Below are positions 40,575 through 50,211 of a DNA stretch of 64,000 nucleotides, in pieces; the stretch's first letter is position 1; each line of letters begins with the position of its first letter. Source of the DNA: Geopsychrobacteraceae bacterium. GTDB taxonomy: Bacteria > Desulfobacterota > Desulfuromonadia > Desulfuromonadales > Geopsychrobacteraceae. The DNA lies in contig OY759353.1 of the NCBI GenBank assembly GCA_963662315.1, positions 3,904,001 to 3,968,000 of the forward strand. The letters are read 5' to 3'. Below the pieces are notes generated by a model. It was not told the origin of the DNA. It saw only the letters and a list, made by a program, of their open reading frames with translations, and made no database searches. A program made the position numbers and the translations under genes.

Positions 40575-41110
40575 CGCTAGTCATAATAACTTTTACGCAT
40601 TGCCACATAAGTATGAGACACTGCTATTCCTATAACAAAATGCCCCATGATCGATCAATCTGGGGCATTTTTTCGTTTATAAAACTTTTTAAGAAAATCT
40701 TTAAGAAGATCAACGTCATAATCAGAGTCGCAACAAATTTCAAAATCAGGGAATTGCTGCAGCCAGTTAATCGGATCCGCTTTAACCTGATCTTTCGGTT
40801 GGGCCTGATCACCGGTCAAAAGTCTTTCGAAGGAATAGGCCCCAATCAGATCGGCAATATGTTTATCTATTGGTGGGCAGTAACGGTTCAGGATAAAAGA
40901 ATCTGGGGAGAATTGCCTTTCCTGCATCCTATGGAACGTGTAATATGCCACTCTAAAATGTTAGAAACAAAATTAATCATAAACGAAAATTCAACTCGCT
41001 ATATGTGATGAGTTGCAGATTGAAGATTTGTGCCTTGCTGCTACTGACACTAAGTTTTGGCAACTGACACTGACAATTGGCAATTCACAATAGATTCTTA
41101 CGGAGGTATC

Positions 41111-41617
41111 ATGTCGGTAAATAAAGTCATTTTGGTTGGAAATCTCGGGAAAGATCCTGAATTGCGCTACACGCCATCCGGTGCAGCCGTTGCGACGTTT
41201 TCGCTGGCGACCACTAATCCCTTTAAGGACAAGGATGGCAATCGGCAAACCGAATGGCATAACATTGTCGCCTGGCGTCAGCTGGCTGAAATTTGTGGCA
41301 AGTTCCTGCATAAAGGCCGGCAGGTTTATATTGAAGGGCGTATCCAGACGCGTTCCTACGATGACCGCGATGGTAATAAGCGGTACATCACTGAAATTAT
41401 CGCTGAAAACATGCAGATGCTGGGTAACCGTGATGAAAACCAGAGCGGCGGCGGTCTCGGCGGCGGTCAGGGTTTCTCGGGGGAAGGTGGTTCCAATTAT
41501 TCACAAGGTGGGGGATCGTCTCGTGGCAGCAGTAAGCCCAGCGGTGGGTTCAGCGGATCTTCACCCGCTGATTTTGATGATCCGGTTTTCAATCCTGATG
41601 ATGAGATTCCATTTTAG
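41111..41617 (+). CDS. ssb: Single-stranded DNA-binding protein
   Basis: [27 protein letters not shown], Gly-rich tail ending DDEIPF. Confidence 0.98.
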   Translation: MSVNKVILVGNLGKDPELRYTPSGAAVATFSLATTNPFKDKDGNRQTEWHNIVAWRQLAEICGKFLHKGRQVYIEGRIQTRSYDDRDGNKRYITEIIAENMQMLGNRDENQSGGGLGGGQGFSGEGGSNYSQGGGSSRGSSKPSGGFSGSSPADFDDPVFNPDDEIPF

Positions 41618-41663
41618 TCGAAACCTTTTATTTTTTGTATATAAAAAAAACAATAATTACCTT

Positions 41664-41697
41664 AGAGGCCCCGCAAAGCGGGGCTTTCTGATTTTTG
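41664..41697 (+). terminator. Rho-independent terminator
   Basis: agaggccccgc-aaa-gcggggctttct followed by a T-rich tract. Confidence 0.75.
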
Positions 41698-41878
41698 CAT
41701 TGTTTGATACCAGGTGGGGCAGATACTCAAAATTCTTTAAAGGACTCCTCCGGAGTTGCCGTTTTTTCAATTTGAGTAAACGGCATAAGCAATTTTCTGA
41801 CCTACAATCATACGCTATCTCCTTTCCGTTTTTTCTACCCCTAGCGCAAGTCAATTTTAGCTATCCCTTGCCTACCGG

Positions 41879-42421
41879 CTACCTCCCGCCACCACGCAGG
41901 TAGAGGGACTCTGCCAGGTGATCAGCCCCTTTGATCAGCCGCACCATCAAGGGAATCAGCAGAATATGCAGATGCAGCAGCGATCTGATGCCTGTGGGGA
42001 TTTCAACGCCGCGTAGGCGTTGGGCATCGCGAATCTCGTTGACCAGTGGCTTAATAAATAGGGCATAGTTGACAGCACCATAGGTGATAAAAGCGAAACG
42101 CTCAGGACAACCGCAGGAGCGAAGCAACACGTAGAGAGAGACATCGGCATAAAAGGCCAGAAAAAGTTGCAGGCAGAGGCTGGTTCCGGTCAGTAACAGC
42201 ACGGTCTGCACACCGGTCTGCCATTGCCCCAGCAGAGCATAAAGCAAGAGAATAAAGATAAACGAGGGTAACAAAAAGGTCAGGTAGATCTTGAGTGAAC
42301 CCCGATTGCGCACGAGCAGCGTCAACAGTAACGCCGGGATCAGCACATATGAAGTCTGCGGTCGTATAAACTGCACTACCATTAGCAGTATTGATATCAA
42401 TCCTAATATTTTATAGCGCAT
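41879..42421 (-). CDS. ECF transporter T component (short)
   Basis: Hydrophobic N-terminus; EIRDAQRLRG and LAESLYLRG X-Arg-X motifs. Confidence 0.85.
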   Translation of the reverse strand: MRYKILGLISILLMVVQFIRPQTSYVLIPALLLTLLVRNRGSLKIYLTFLLPSFIFILLLYALLGQWQTGVQTVLLLTGTSLCLQLFLAFYADVSLYVLLRSCGCPERFAFITYGAVNYALFIKPLVNEIRDAQRLRGVEIPTGIRSLLHLHILLIPLMVRLIKGADHLAESLYLRGGGR

Positions 42422-43745
42422 CGTTCGCTTCTTCCACACGGTAATTGATTAACTGCAGCCCGGCGCGATTGAGGTCATCGAGATACGTTTGGCTGTGACT
42501 GGTAAACAGAATGGTTCCCCCCCCTTGCACATAATCAGCAAAGATCATTGCCAGTTGTTTGCGACTATGCTGATCCATACCTGCGTCCGGTTCGTCCAGG
42601 ATTAGAATCTGCGGCTTGAGCATCAACGCTGAAGCAAGCTGACATTTTTTCTGTTCGCCATGACTTAAGGTAAAGGGGTTGCGCTCAAGGCAGTGCTCAA
42701 GGCCAAACAGGGAGCAGACCTGGGTGAAGAAATCGTTATCGAAAGCGCCAAGTCTGCGCGCGGCAAAAGCGATTTCATCTTCAACAGTAGCGCAGAAGAA
42801 CTGAGAATCTGGTGCTTGCAGCACAACACCGAGGATAGTGGCCAGTTCGGCTCGTTTATAAGTGCCAAGAGAACGTCCTTTCAGGTCGATAGCACCGCGA
42901 CAGCTCAATAAGCCACATAACATTTTCAGCAGAGTCGTCTTGCCACTGCCGACTCCGCCACTGATATGGATAAGATCGCCTGCGGATACGCTCAGATCGG
43001 TGTAGGAGATATCGCAGGGGTATTCTGATGCTGTCTGCAGAGCACGTAATGAAAGCACCTCACCCTTGTTATCCTGACGATCCAGCTGCCAGTTGATTTT
43101 CTCCGGCATCGGGTTGCCTTCTGCGTTGCGGTTAAGAGGAACCAGCGTAACAGGGCGAACTACGGATCTCAATTGGGCAGGCAAACTGTGTTCAACCAGA
43201 AGAATCGTACGTCCCTGAGCATGCAAATCGATGAGCAGATCGGCCAGCAGTTTACGTTTGGGAGCAGACAGCTGAGCGAAACATTCATCCAGTAACAAGA
43301 TACGTGGATGGCAACAAAGGTAGGCGATCAGCAGCACCAGTTGTTGCTGTCCGCCGGAAAGCTTTTGCGGATGCCTGTCGACCAGATCGGCAATGGCGAA
43401 ATATTCGAGTAGCCGCTGTGCTTCTGCCGTGTCGGCCTGGGGCGAGAAGCTGATCTCTTCCCATACGCTACGACAAAATAACCGCGATGCCGCCCAGGGG
43501 CCAGTCAGGCAGATGCCGGAGATTTCATCTTCGGCCGGAATTTCTTTGCCACGAAAAACAACCCGGCCGCAGGTGCGACCGGGGTAGATATCGGGGATCA
43601 ACCCGGCGAGCAGGCGTAACACGCTGGTTTTACCGGCACCGTTTGGTCCCGTCAGGTGAACAAAATCTCCCTCCTGCATAGCAAGGGAAAAATCTTCAAA
43701 AACCTGCTCTTTATGCGCGAAGGAGAGCTTTTGTATCGATAACAC
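42411..43745 (-). CDS. ECF transporter fused double ATPase (A-A')
   Basis: Two Walker A (GPNGAGKT, GGVGSGKT), LSGGQQQ and LSHGEQK, LLDE and ILDEP; GTG start at 43745 after GGAG. Confidence 0.88.
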   Translation of the reverse strand: MLSIQKLSFAHKEQVFEDFSLAMQEGDFVHLTGPNGAGKTSVLRLLAGLIPDIYPGRTCGRVVFRGKEIPAEDEISGICLTGPWAASRLFCRSVWEEISFSPQADTAEAQRLLEYFAIADLVDRHPQKLSGGQQQLVLLIAYLCCHPRILLLDECFAQLSAPKRKLLADLLIDLHAQGRTILLVEHSLPAQLRSVVRPVTLVPLNRNAEGNPMPEKINWQLDRQDNKGEVLSLRALQTASEYPCDISYTDLSVSAGDLIHISGGVGSGKTTLLKMLCGLLSCRGAIDLKGRSLGTYKRAELATILGVVLQAPDSQFFCATVEDEIAFAARRLGAFDNDFFTQVCSLFGLEHCLERNPFTLSHGEQKKCQLASALMLKPQILILDEPDAGMDQHSRKQLAMIFADYVQGGGTILFTSHSQTYLDDLNRAGLQLINYRVEEANDAL

Positions 43746-44220
43746 GGGCTTTCTCCAGTGCGTTGATGACCGCCAGAGCAAGCAAACTACCCGCTGCGGA
43801 ACTGAGTAAAAAGCTGGGCAGCAGGGCCATGACACCGATCTCCTTACCCATCAATCCAGGAGCAATCAGCAGTGACCCAACCACAGGGCCAAGCAGACCG
43901 GTACCAACAATCTCACCTGCTGCAGCAGCCCAGGTTTTACCGGTGAGGCGAAAGGCGATGCCGGCAAAGAAGGCGCCAATCATACTGCCGGGAAAGGCCA
44001 GCAGCGTACCAACCCCCAGGGCGTTGCGGATAATCGACACCCCGGTGGCGGCACCAACATTCCACCAGGTGCCAACCAGTACGGCGAGGAACACGTTGAC
44101 AAAATGCTGAGTCGGATTGATTTTGGCAATTCCGACCGGAATGCTGGTAAAGGGTGACAGGGCGATAGCCAACGCCATAAAAACAATCAGATAGGCGGTG
44201 CGTTTAATATTTTTTTTCAT
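43711..44220 (-). CDS. thiW: ECF S component ThiW (thiazole precursor)
   Basis: P.QHFVNV..AVL.G, IRN.LG.GTLLAFPGSMIGA, GEIVGTG..G; in a TPP-riboswitch operon. Confidence 0.88.
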   Translation of the reverse strand: MKKNIKRTAYLIVFMALAIALSPFTSIPVGIAKINPTQHFVNVFLAVLVGTWWNVGAATGVSIIRNALGVGTLLAFPGSMIGAFFAGIAFRLTGKTWAAAAGEIVGTGLLGPVVGSLLIAPGLMGKEIGVMALLPSFLLSSAAGSLLALAVINALEKARVIDTKALLRA

Positions 44221-45608
44221 CGATATTCTCCTCCTTTGAGGCCAAAGACAACAGATAAACCTGCAGATACGATCAGCGCCCCGAGGAAGGATATAAACAT
44301 ATCGGCGGGCAGCCCTGACCAGGAACTGAAGTCCGGTTTTGGGAAAAACAGTGTGCCCAGGATAATCCCGACACATCCGGAGATAAGAGCCTGAGCACCA
44401 GAGATCTTGCTATTAAACAAACCGAACAGCAATGGAAAAGCAAACGCCGAGCAAATCAAATCGGCAAGTAGAAAGAGATAGAGAACTGAGCCACCACGAC
44501 TGCCGAACAGGGTTGCCAGCACACCGATAACGATGGTCAGCATTTTTGCACGACCAAGAATTGTCGGGTTTTCTTCATCAAGACCATTCCAGGAGCTGAT
44601 GGTACTGACCATGCCATTGAGCAGGGTGTCGATACTGCTCAGAGCCAAAACAAAAGCCAATAAGACCAGCACCACGGTAAACATGGGCGATAACAGGCTT
44701 AACAGGCTGAACATGCCGAGAGAGGGCGCCGCGGGATCGAGGGTTCCGGCACTGCGGGCCAGGATACCGAAGAACCCTGCCAGAAAGATCAAGGGAATAA
44801 CGATAACGCCACCGAGTAAAAAAGCCTTTTTCTGGGCGGTTGATCTGTCTACGCTGTAGACCCTCTGCCAGAAGCCCTGATGAAAGAGATTGCTGGTGGT
44901 GACCCCGATGAAAAGGACAATGCCAAATTTCCAACCCGGCATAAAGGACAGGCTCAGCAGTTCAGGGGCGTTCTGTTGCACCTGTCCGATCACTGGCCCT
45001 TTTGCGGACAGGGCAGAAACGACAGCGGCAGCAAAAGCAAGCAGTAGTGGCACCAGCACATATAGCTGAATCTTATCGGTTTTGATTGAGGCGCCCAAAC
45101 CGCCGCGAAAGACATAGGCAAAGACCAGCAAGGTAACGCCTGAACAACCAACGATCAGCGGTGTTCCCAGCGTTAGCGCTAATACCTGTCCGATGGCGGT
45201 CAACTCGGCCGTCAGAAAGGTCCCCATATAGAAGAGCATAATGGTTCCGGTCAGAAGCGCAGTACGCTGGCCAAAGCGTGCAGCGACGTAATCGCTCAAA
45301 CCGTAACCGTGTGGAATCAGTTTAACCAGAAGCGGTCCGAAAAAGGCGAGAAGAAACAGTGGCATGGCTTGCCCCAGAGCATAGCCGCTAAGACCGGTTA
45401 CTCCTGCCCAACTGCCGGTCTCGCCGGGGCTGAAGAGCATCCATGCTCCGAGCACAGATGCTGCCAGACTGAATCCGGCCACGGTTGGTGAGGCTTTACC
45501 ACGATGAGTAATATAATCATCAATAGAAACGGCCTTATTTTTAAAACCGATCAGAACAAAAAATAAACTGAGGACGGCCATACCGCCCAGACTGACGGAC
45601 AGGATCAT
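44217..45608 (-). CDS. Sodium:solute symporter family protein (probable thiamine-precursor importer)
   Basis: AS.LGAW.LFSP.E, RFG, GGL.ASI.TD..Q, FHQG.WQRV, SS.DTLLN; first gene after the riboswitch. Confidence 0.82.
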   Translation of the reverse strand: MILSVSLGGMAVLSLFFVLIGFKNKAVSIDDYITHRGKASPTVAGFSLAASVLGAWMLFSPGETGSWAGVTGLSGYALGQAMPLFLLAFFGPLLVKLIPHGYGLSDYVAARFGQRTALLTGTIMLFYMGTFLTAELTAIGQVLALTLGTPLIVGCSGVTLLVFAYVFRGGLGASIKTDKIQLYVLVPLLLAFAAAVVSALSAKGPVIGQVQQNAPELLSLSFMPGWKFGIVLFIGVTTSNLFHQGFWQRVYSVDRSTAQKKAFLLGGVIVIPLIFLAGFFGILARSAGTLDPAAPSLGMFSLLSLLSPMFTVVLVLLAFVLALSSIDTLLNGMVSTISSWNGLDEENPTILGRAKMLTIVIGVLATLFGSRGGSVLYLFLLADLICSAFAFPLLFGLFNSKISGAQALISGCVGIILGTLFFPKPDFSSWSGLPADMFISFLGALIVSAGLSVVFGLKGGEYR

Positions 45609-45884
45609 AGCTTTTCTCCTTGGACAGAAACTTGTACAGCAAAACCTCTGTATCTCTAACGGCTGGCTTGAACACTGTGGTCCTTAGTTCAGGATTGAAT
45701 GTCCCGGCGATAATAGGTGCTGGTGACCATTCTGCTCAATACATGGCTTTGCGGTTGCTATTTCTTTAGGAATTTCACAGCGTCGCGGAGCGTAAAGAAA
45801 TCTCCCATATCATCAGGAGGTCCCTGTCCGGTCACAGACATACAGCCATTTGAGAGGCGGCGGTATGAAAAGAGGAAAAGCTCT

Positions 45885-45970
45885 CATGCTTCCTGCGCTG
45901 ACATTACTCAGGTCAGGTTCTAAGGGTCTGTTCTCAGCCGGTCCCAAAAGACAAGCACCCCTGATGATGG
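45885..45970 (-). ncRNA. TPP riboswitch (THI element)
   Basis: Minus strand AGGGGTGC..GGCTGAGAACAGACCCTTAGAACCTGACCTGAGTAATGTCAGCGCAGGAAG; TTGACA upstream near 46004. Confidence 0.93.
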
Positions 45971-46058
45971 GGCCGATGTTTACACAACTTGCTCGTTTTG
46001 TCAAAGGGGGCTGCTCAAGAATCAGGATTAAATACTTACATTGATGCGGAGAAAATTA

Positions 46059-46384
46059 ATGGCTCCAGTGGGCATATTGTTTTCTGCGGAAGGCGCTCTG
46101 AATGATGTCGATATTCCCGTGTTATTGTTGAAGGCAGAGAAAGATGAAGAGGTAACAGAACCGTACCATGCCGATGTCATTGAAAAAGGCCTTCCCAATA
46201 AACAGTAATTAACTGGTATGATGGCATCTAATGCTGGCCATTACTCATTATTGACATCATCCCCTGATTTTCTTAAGCCAGAAATTGGCTCGATTGCAGA
46301 AGGTCCCAAAGATTTCAATCGGCAGAGTTTCAAGAAAAGCTAGGTGCAATGATTGTCGATTACCTCAAAGGTGCGCTGAAATAA
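46059..46384 (+). pseudogene. C-terminal fragment of a predicted dienelactone-hydrolase-like alpha/beta hydrolase
   Basis: MAPVGILF...L.DV.IPVLL..AEKDE...PYHA...*...NAGHYS....P..F.R; stop at 46206 and a frameshift near 46330; N-terminus absent. Confidence 0.65.
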
Positions 46385-47229
46385 AAACATAACCCTTATC
46401 AGTCTCCTCTCAGGAAAGCGGACCCTCCGGCGTTCTGTGAGGGGACTGCAAGAGTATGAATTTCTTCAATGTTACACTGCTATGTCACGATAGCTCGTTG
46501 CTATCCGGAAACTCCGAAGGGCAACGGCTAAGTTTTCAGCTTGGAAACGAGCAATTTTTTCGTTGTTGCAAGAAAACCCGCAGATTGACACCGCCACAGC
46601 GGAAAAGGGCCGGTTCCGGATGGAAAATAGCTAATTTTAAACACCGGCCAGTGGCTAATCTGTAATCAGAAACACTTCTCCTGCGTATTTTATCACCACT
46701 AATTTCACATATGGCAACGTTAGGGACACTCAGAGCGGGACATATGTCTCGTGTCTGAAGGTGAGAATACAGATATTTAATTATTTTATCAATCTCTCCG
46801 CAGACGGCCATCATCCCAGATTTATTCACGTTTTCAAAGAGTTTTAGTATCTGGAAAGCAACTTGGCAGAAAATATATTATTAGAGTTGGCGTAATAGTT
46901 GCTTTAATACCGTACTGTCCAGCTCACTGGAGAGCAGGACAGTAAGACTTGGGACATCTGTCCCATTACTACTTAGCGCAGGCAAAGTCGCCCACTCTTC
47001 TATAGTTTTTATAGTCGCGTGGGCTTTTTCGTTTTTGGACAATCTTCGCCAGCAAGAAAAGAATGTATCTCTCACTCGATTAAAAAGGAGGCTGCTCTTA
47101 GGGATTTTCTCTCACTAAGGCTAATCTTATAAGATGTAACATGTAGATTGTATGAGATTAGAATCGTTAATGATGTGACACTTTCATAATGACTTAAAAC
47201 AATCCTATTTACGGCAAGGAGAACGAAGA

Positions 47230-48027
47230 ATGAAATCAAGAATATTAGTATCTGTTTTTTTGGCTGTGTTGTGCCTCTTTTTCGCTCCAATACATGAGAT
47301 CAGCTATGCTTCCGAGGACGCCTTAAGCAAAGTCAAAGACAGCGGAATTTTAAAGGTTGCTGTGCCACAAGATTTCCCGCCGTTTGGTTCTGTTGGCACC
47401 GATTTGCAACCGATAGGTTACGATATCGATATGGCAGCGCTGATTGCCAATAAACTTGGAGTCAAATTGAAACTGGTGCCTGTTACGAGCACCAATCGAA
47501 TTCCATACCTGACCACAGGAAAGGTGGACCTTGTTATATCGTCGCTGGGGAAAAACCCTGAGCGCATGAAAGTTATCGATTTTTCAAATGCTTATGCACC
47601 ATTCTACAACGGGGTCTTTGGCCCTGCTGATGAAAAAATACAAGGCGGGAGTGATTTGGCAGGAAAAACGATCGCAGTTACACGTGGTTCCATTGAAGAC
47701 CTTGAATTGACCAAGATCGCTCCACCGTCAACAACGATTCAACGTTTTGAAGATAACAGTTCGACGATTTCGGCTTATCTTTCTGGTCAAGTCGAGTTGG
47801 TGGCAACAGGGAACGTTGTCGCCGCTTCTATTAATGAGCAAACCCCCAAAAAGATGCTTGAGTCCAAATTCCTGATCAAAAATTCACCATGCTACATTGG
47901 GCTGAATAAAGAGCAGGGGCCGTTTATGGATACCGTAAACGCCATTATCAAAACAGCGAAGCAGGACGGCTCACTTGAGAAAATTTCACAGAAATGGCTT
48001 CACATAAGCCTTCCTGAAAATTTGTAA
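47230..48027 (+). CDS. Polar amino acid-type ABC transporter substrate-binding protein
   Basis: Signal peptide; VAVPQDFPPFG, GYDID, NRIPYL..GKVDL.ISSLG..PER...IDFS..Y. Confidence 0.93.
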   Translation: MKSRILVSVFLAVLCLFFAPIHEISYASEDALSKVKDSGILKVAVPQDFPPFGSVGTDLQPIGYDIDMAALIANKLGVKLKLVPVTSTNRIPYLTTGKVDLVISSLGKNPERMKVIDFSNAYAPFYNGVFGPADEKIQGGSDLAGKTIAVTRGSIEDLELTKIAPPSTTIQRFEDNSSTISAYLSGQVELVATGNVVAASINEQTPKKMLESKFLIKNSPCYIGLNKEQGPFMDTVNAIIKTAKQDGSLEKISQKWLHISLPENL

Positions 48028-48084
48028 CAAGTTCCTGAACATTGTGGTGGGCGTCTTGTTGCGCTCACCACAACTGGAGAACCC

Positions 48085-48753
48085 ATGGACTATCAGTTTT
48101 CATTTACTGCGGTTTCGGCAAACTGGCAGCTGCTTGGTCAAGGACTCTTGCTGACAGTGTTGTTTACTGTTATCGGGTCTGCTGCCGGACTTGTTGTTGG
48201 GACAGTTGGTGCGGTTTCAAAAAACTGGCGTATACCGGTTTTGTCGCAGCTTTATTCCATTTATGTCGAATGTATACGGAATACACCTTTTCTGGTTCAA
48301 CTCTATTTTATTTTTTTCGGCCTTCCGGCACTTGGGATTAAGCTGAACGGTTTAGAGGCTTCGGTTTTGGCTATGATCATCAATCTGGGAGCCTATTCTA
48401 CTGAGATCATACGCGCCGGGTTGCAGGCTATCCCCAGAGGGCAGTTGGAAGCGGCCGATGCCTTGGCCATGAGCCGTTGGCAATGTTTGCGCTATGTCAT
48501 ACTGCAGCCGGCATTCAGGACTGTCTGGCCGGCGCTGTGCTCACAAATTATTATTGTCATGCTGGGCTCGTCGGTCTGCTCTCAGGTTGCTGCTCAGGAA
48601 CTTACCTATGCCGCCAATTTAATTCAGGCACGTACCTTCAGAGCGTTTGAAGTCTATTTCATCTCAACAGTGCTCTACCTGCTGCTTGCAGTTGTGGTTC
48701 GGAAGGTGCTTTTTATGTTTGGAAAGCGTTGTTTCAATAGGGGGCGCGCATGA
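48085..48753 (+). CDS. Amino acid ABC transporter permease
   Basis: RNTPFLVQL, AYSTEIIRAG...IP.GQ.EAA. Confidence 0.93.
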   Translation: MDYQFSFTAVSANWQLLGQGLLLTVLFTVIGSAAGLVVGTVGAVSKNWRIPVLSQLYSIYVECIRNTPFLVQLYFIFFGLPALGIKLNGLEASVLAMIINLGAYSTEIIRAGLQAIPRGQLEAADALAMSRWQCLRYVILQPAFRTVWPALCSQIIIVMLGSSVCSQVAAQELTYAANLIQARTFRAFEVYFISTVLYLLLAVVVRKVLFMFGKRCFNRGRA

Positions 48754-49406
48754 TTCAGTTTACGCTTTGGAACATTGTCGGTCACCTCGTGACCGGGATG
48801 GGCTGGACAATATTACTCTCCCTTGGAGCTTTTCTGCTGGGTGGTACGGCGGCGTTGATTATTCTTTTCCTTGGTCTGTCCTCCTCCTCTACGCCATGCA
48901 GAGCAGCAAGAATCTATATCGAGTTTTTCCAGGGGACGCCTCTCTTAATGCAATTGTTTTTGCTCTTTTTTGGCTTAGGCCTGCTGGGAATAGAAATATC
49001 TCCTGTGCTGACGGCGTTGCTGGGATTGACTTTTTTCTCAAGCGCATATTTAGCCGAAATCTGGCGCGGTTGTGTTGAATCGCTTCCGAAAGGGCAATGG
49101 GAGGCCTCTGATAGTCTGGCTATGAATCGTTATCAACAGATGCGTTACGTTATTCTGCCACAGACAATCCGTATTGCTTTGCCTCCAACCGTCGGGTTTT
49201 CAGTTCAGATTGTCAAAGGGACTGCGGTTACCTCAATTATCGGCTTCATGGAGATAACGAAGACAGGTTCTATGCTTGCAAATGCTACCTTTAAGCCACT
49301 TTTGATCTATGGACTGGTTGCTTTAGGGTATTTTCTCATTTGCTTCCCGTTGTCGGCATTAGCTCGGCACGTAGAGAAAGGGTTATATGCCACTCATTCA
49401 CGTTGA
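48750..49406 (+). CDS. Amino acid ABC transporter permease
   Basis: QGTPLLMQL, AYLAEIWRG...LPKGQWEA. Confidence 0.93.
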   Translation: MIQFTLWNIVGHLVTGMGWTILLSLGAFLLGGTAALIILFLGLSSSSTPCRAARIYIEFFQGTPLLMQLFLLFFGLGLLGIEISPVLTALLGLTFFSSAYLAEIWRGCVESLPKGQWEASDSLAMNRYQQMRYVILPQTIRIALPPTVGFSVQIVKGTAVTSIIGFMEITKTGSMLANATFKPLLIYGLVALGYFLICFPLSALARHVEKGLYATHSR

Positions 49407-50118
49407 AGAACTGCATAAAAGCTATGGCGAAACAGAGGTTTTAAAGGGAGTTTCCTTTTCGGTGCAGGAAGGACAAGTCGTCGTGATCATCGGGCGTAGC
49501 GGCTCCGGGAAAAGTACTTTGCTGAGAGTCCTGAATGGACTGGAGACCTTCGAGGATGGCCTGGTGCATATCGATGGGGCCAGATTTCACGGGTTAAAAT
49601 CGGAACTTATTCCCCTAAGGCTCAAGGTCGGAATGGTTTTTCAGCAATTCAACCTCTTCCCTCATTTGACCGCCGGAGAGAATGTCATGCTGGCGCCCCA
49701 GGTGGTCAAGAAGGTGGACAAGAAAGAGATCCGGCTTCTGGCTGAAGAAATGATGGATCGGGTTGGCCTTGCTGATAAATTCAATGCGTTTCCCGATCAG
49801 TTATCCGGTGGGCAGCAGCAGCGTGTTGCTATTGCCAGGGCCCTGGCCATGAAACCAAAGGTTTTGCTTTGTGATGAAATCACCTCAGCTTTGGACCCCG
49901 AACTGGTTGATGAGGTGTTGAGCGTGGTTCAGCGCCTTGCTTCTGAAGGAATGACTCTGATTATGGTCACCCATGAAATGCGTTTTGCCCGAGATGTTGG
50001 AGATACCCTGGTGTTTATGCATCAGGGCCTGGTTCATGAGATGGGACCACCGAAACAGTTGTTTGCGAGTCCTAAAACTCCTGAACTGGCGTCCTTTGTC
50101 AAGTCTGTCAATCTATAG
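49387..50118 (+). CDS. Amino acid ABC transporter ATP-binding protein
   Basis: GRSGSGKST, FQQFNLFPH, LSGGQQQRVAIARAL, DE.TSALDPE, VTHEM. Confidence 0.95.
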   Translation: MPLIHVEELHKSYGETEVLKGVSFSVQEGQVVVIIGRSGSGKSTLLRVLNGLETFEDGLVHIDGARFHGLKSELIPLRLKVGMVFQQFNLFPHLTAGENVMLAPQVVKKVDKKEIRLLAEEMMDRVGLADKFNAFPDQLSGGQQQRVAIARALAMKPKVLLCDEITSALDPELVDEVLSVVQRLASEGMTLIMVTHEMRFARDVGDTLVFMHQGLVHEMGPPKQLFASPKTPELASFVKSVNL

Positions 50119-50211
50119 AGGGCAGACCCAAAAGTCTTTTTTACGAACAGCTGTGCCTGAGCGGTGAGCGTGATGTGCTCACTTGCTTTTAGCATTAATG
50201 GATGTGATTTT

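Noticed and set aside
40655..40951. 98-aa minus-strand ORF faintly like an exonuclease fragment
   Set aside because: Too little motif support to call; may be a decayed gene.
41043..41075. ACTGACAC repeats upstream of ssb as an SOS box
   Set aside because: Short, and not matching a LexA consensus I can support.
41136..41903. 255-aa ORF overlapping ssb and its terminator
   Set aside because: Alternative frame with no recognisable features.
46387..46460. Integron attC site after the hydrolase remnant (ACATAAC)
   Set aside because: No matching GTTRRRY core at a suitable distance and no integron integrase nearby.
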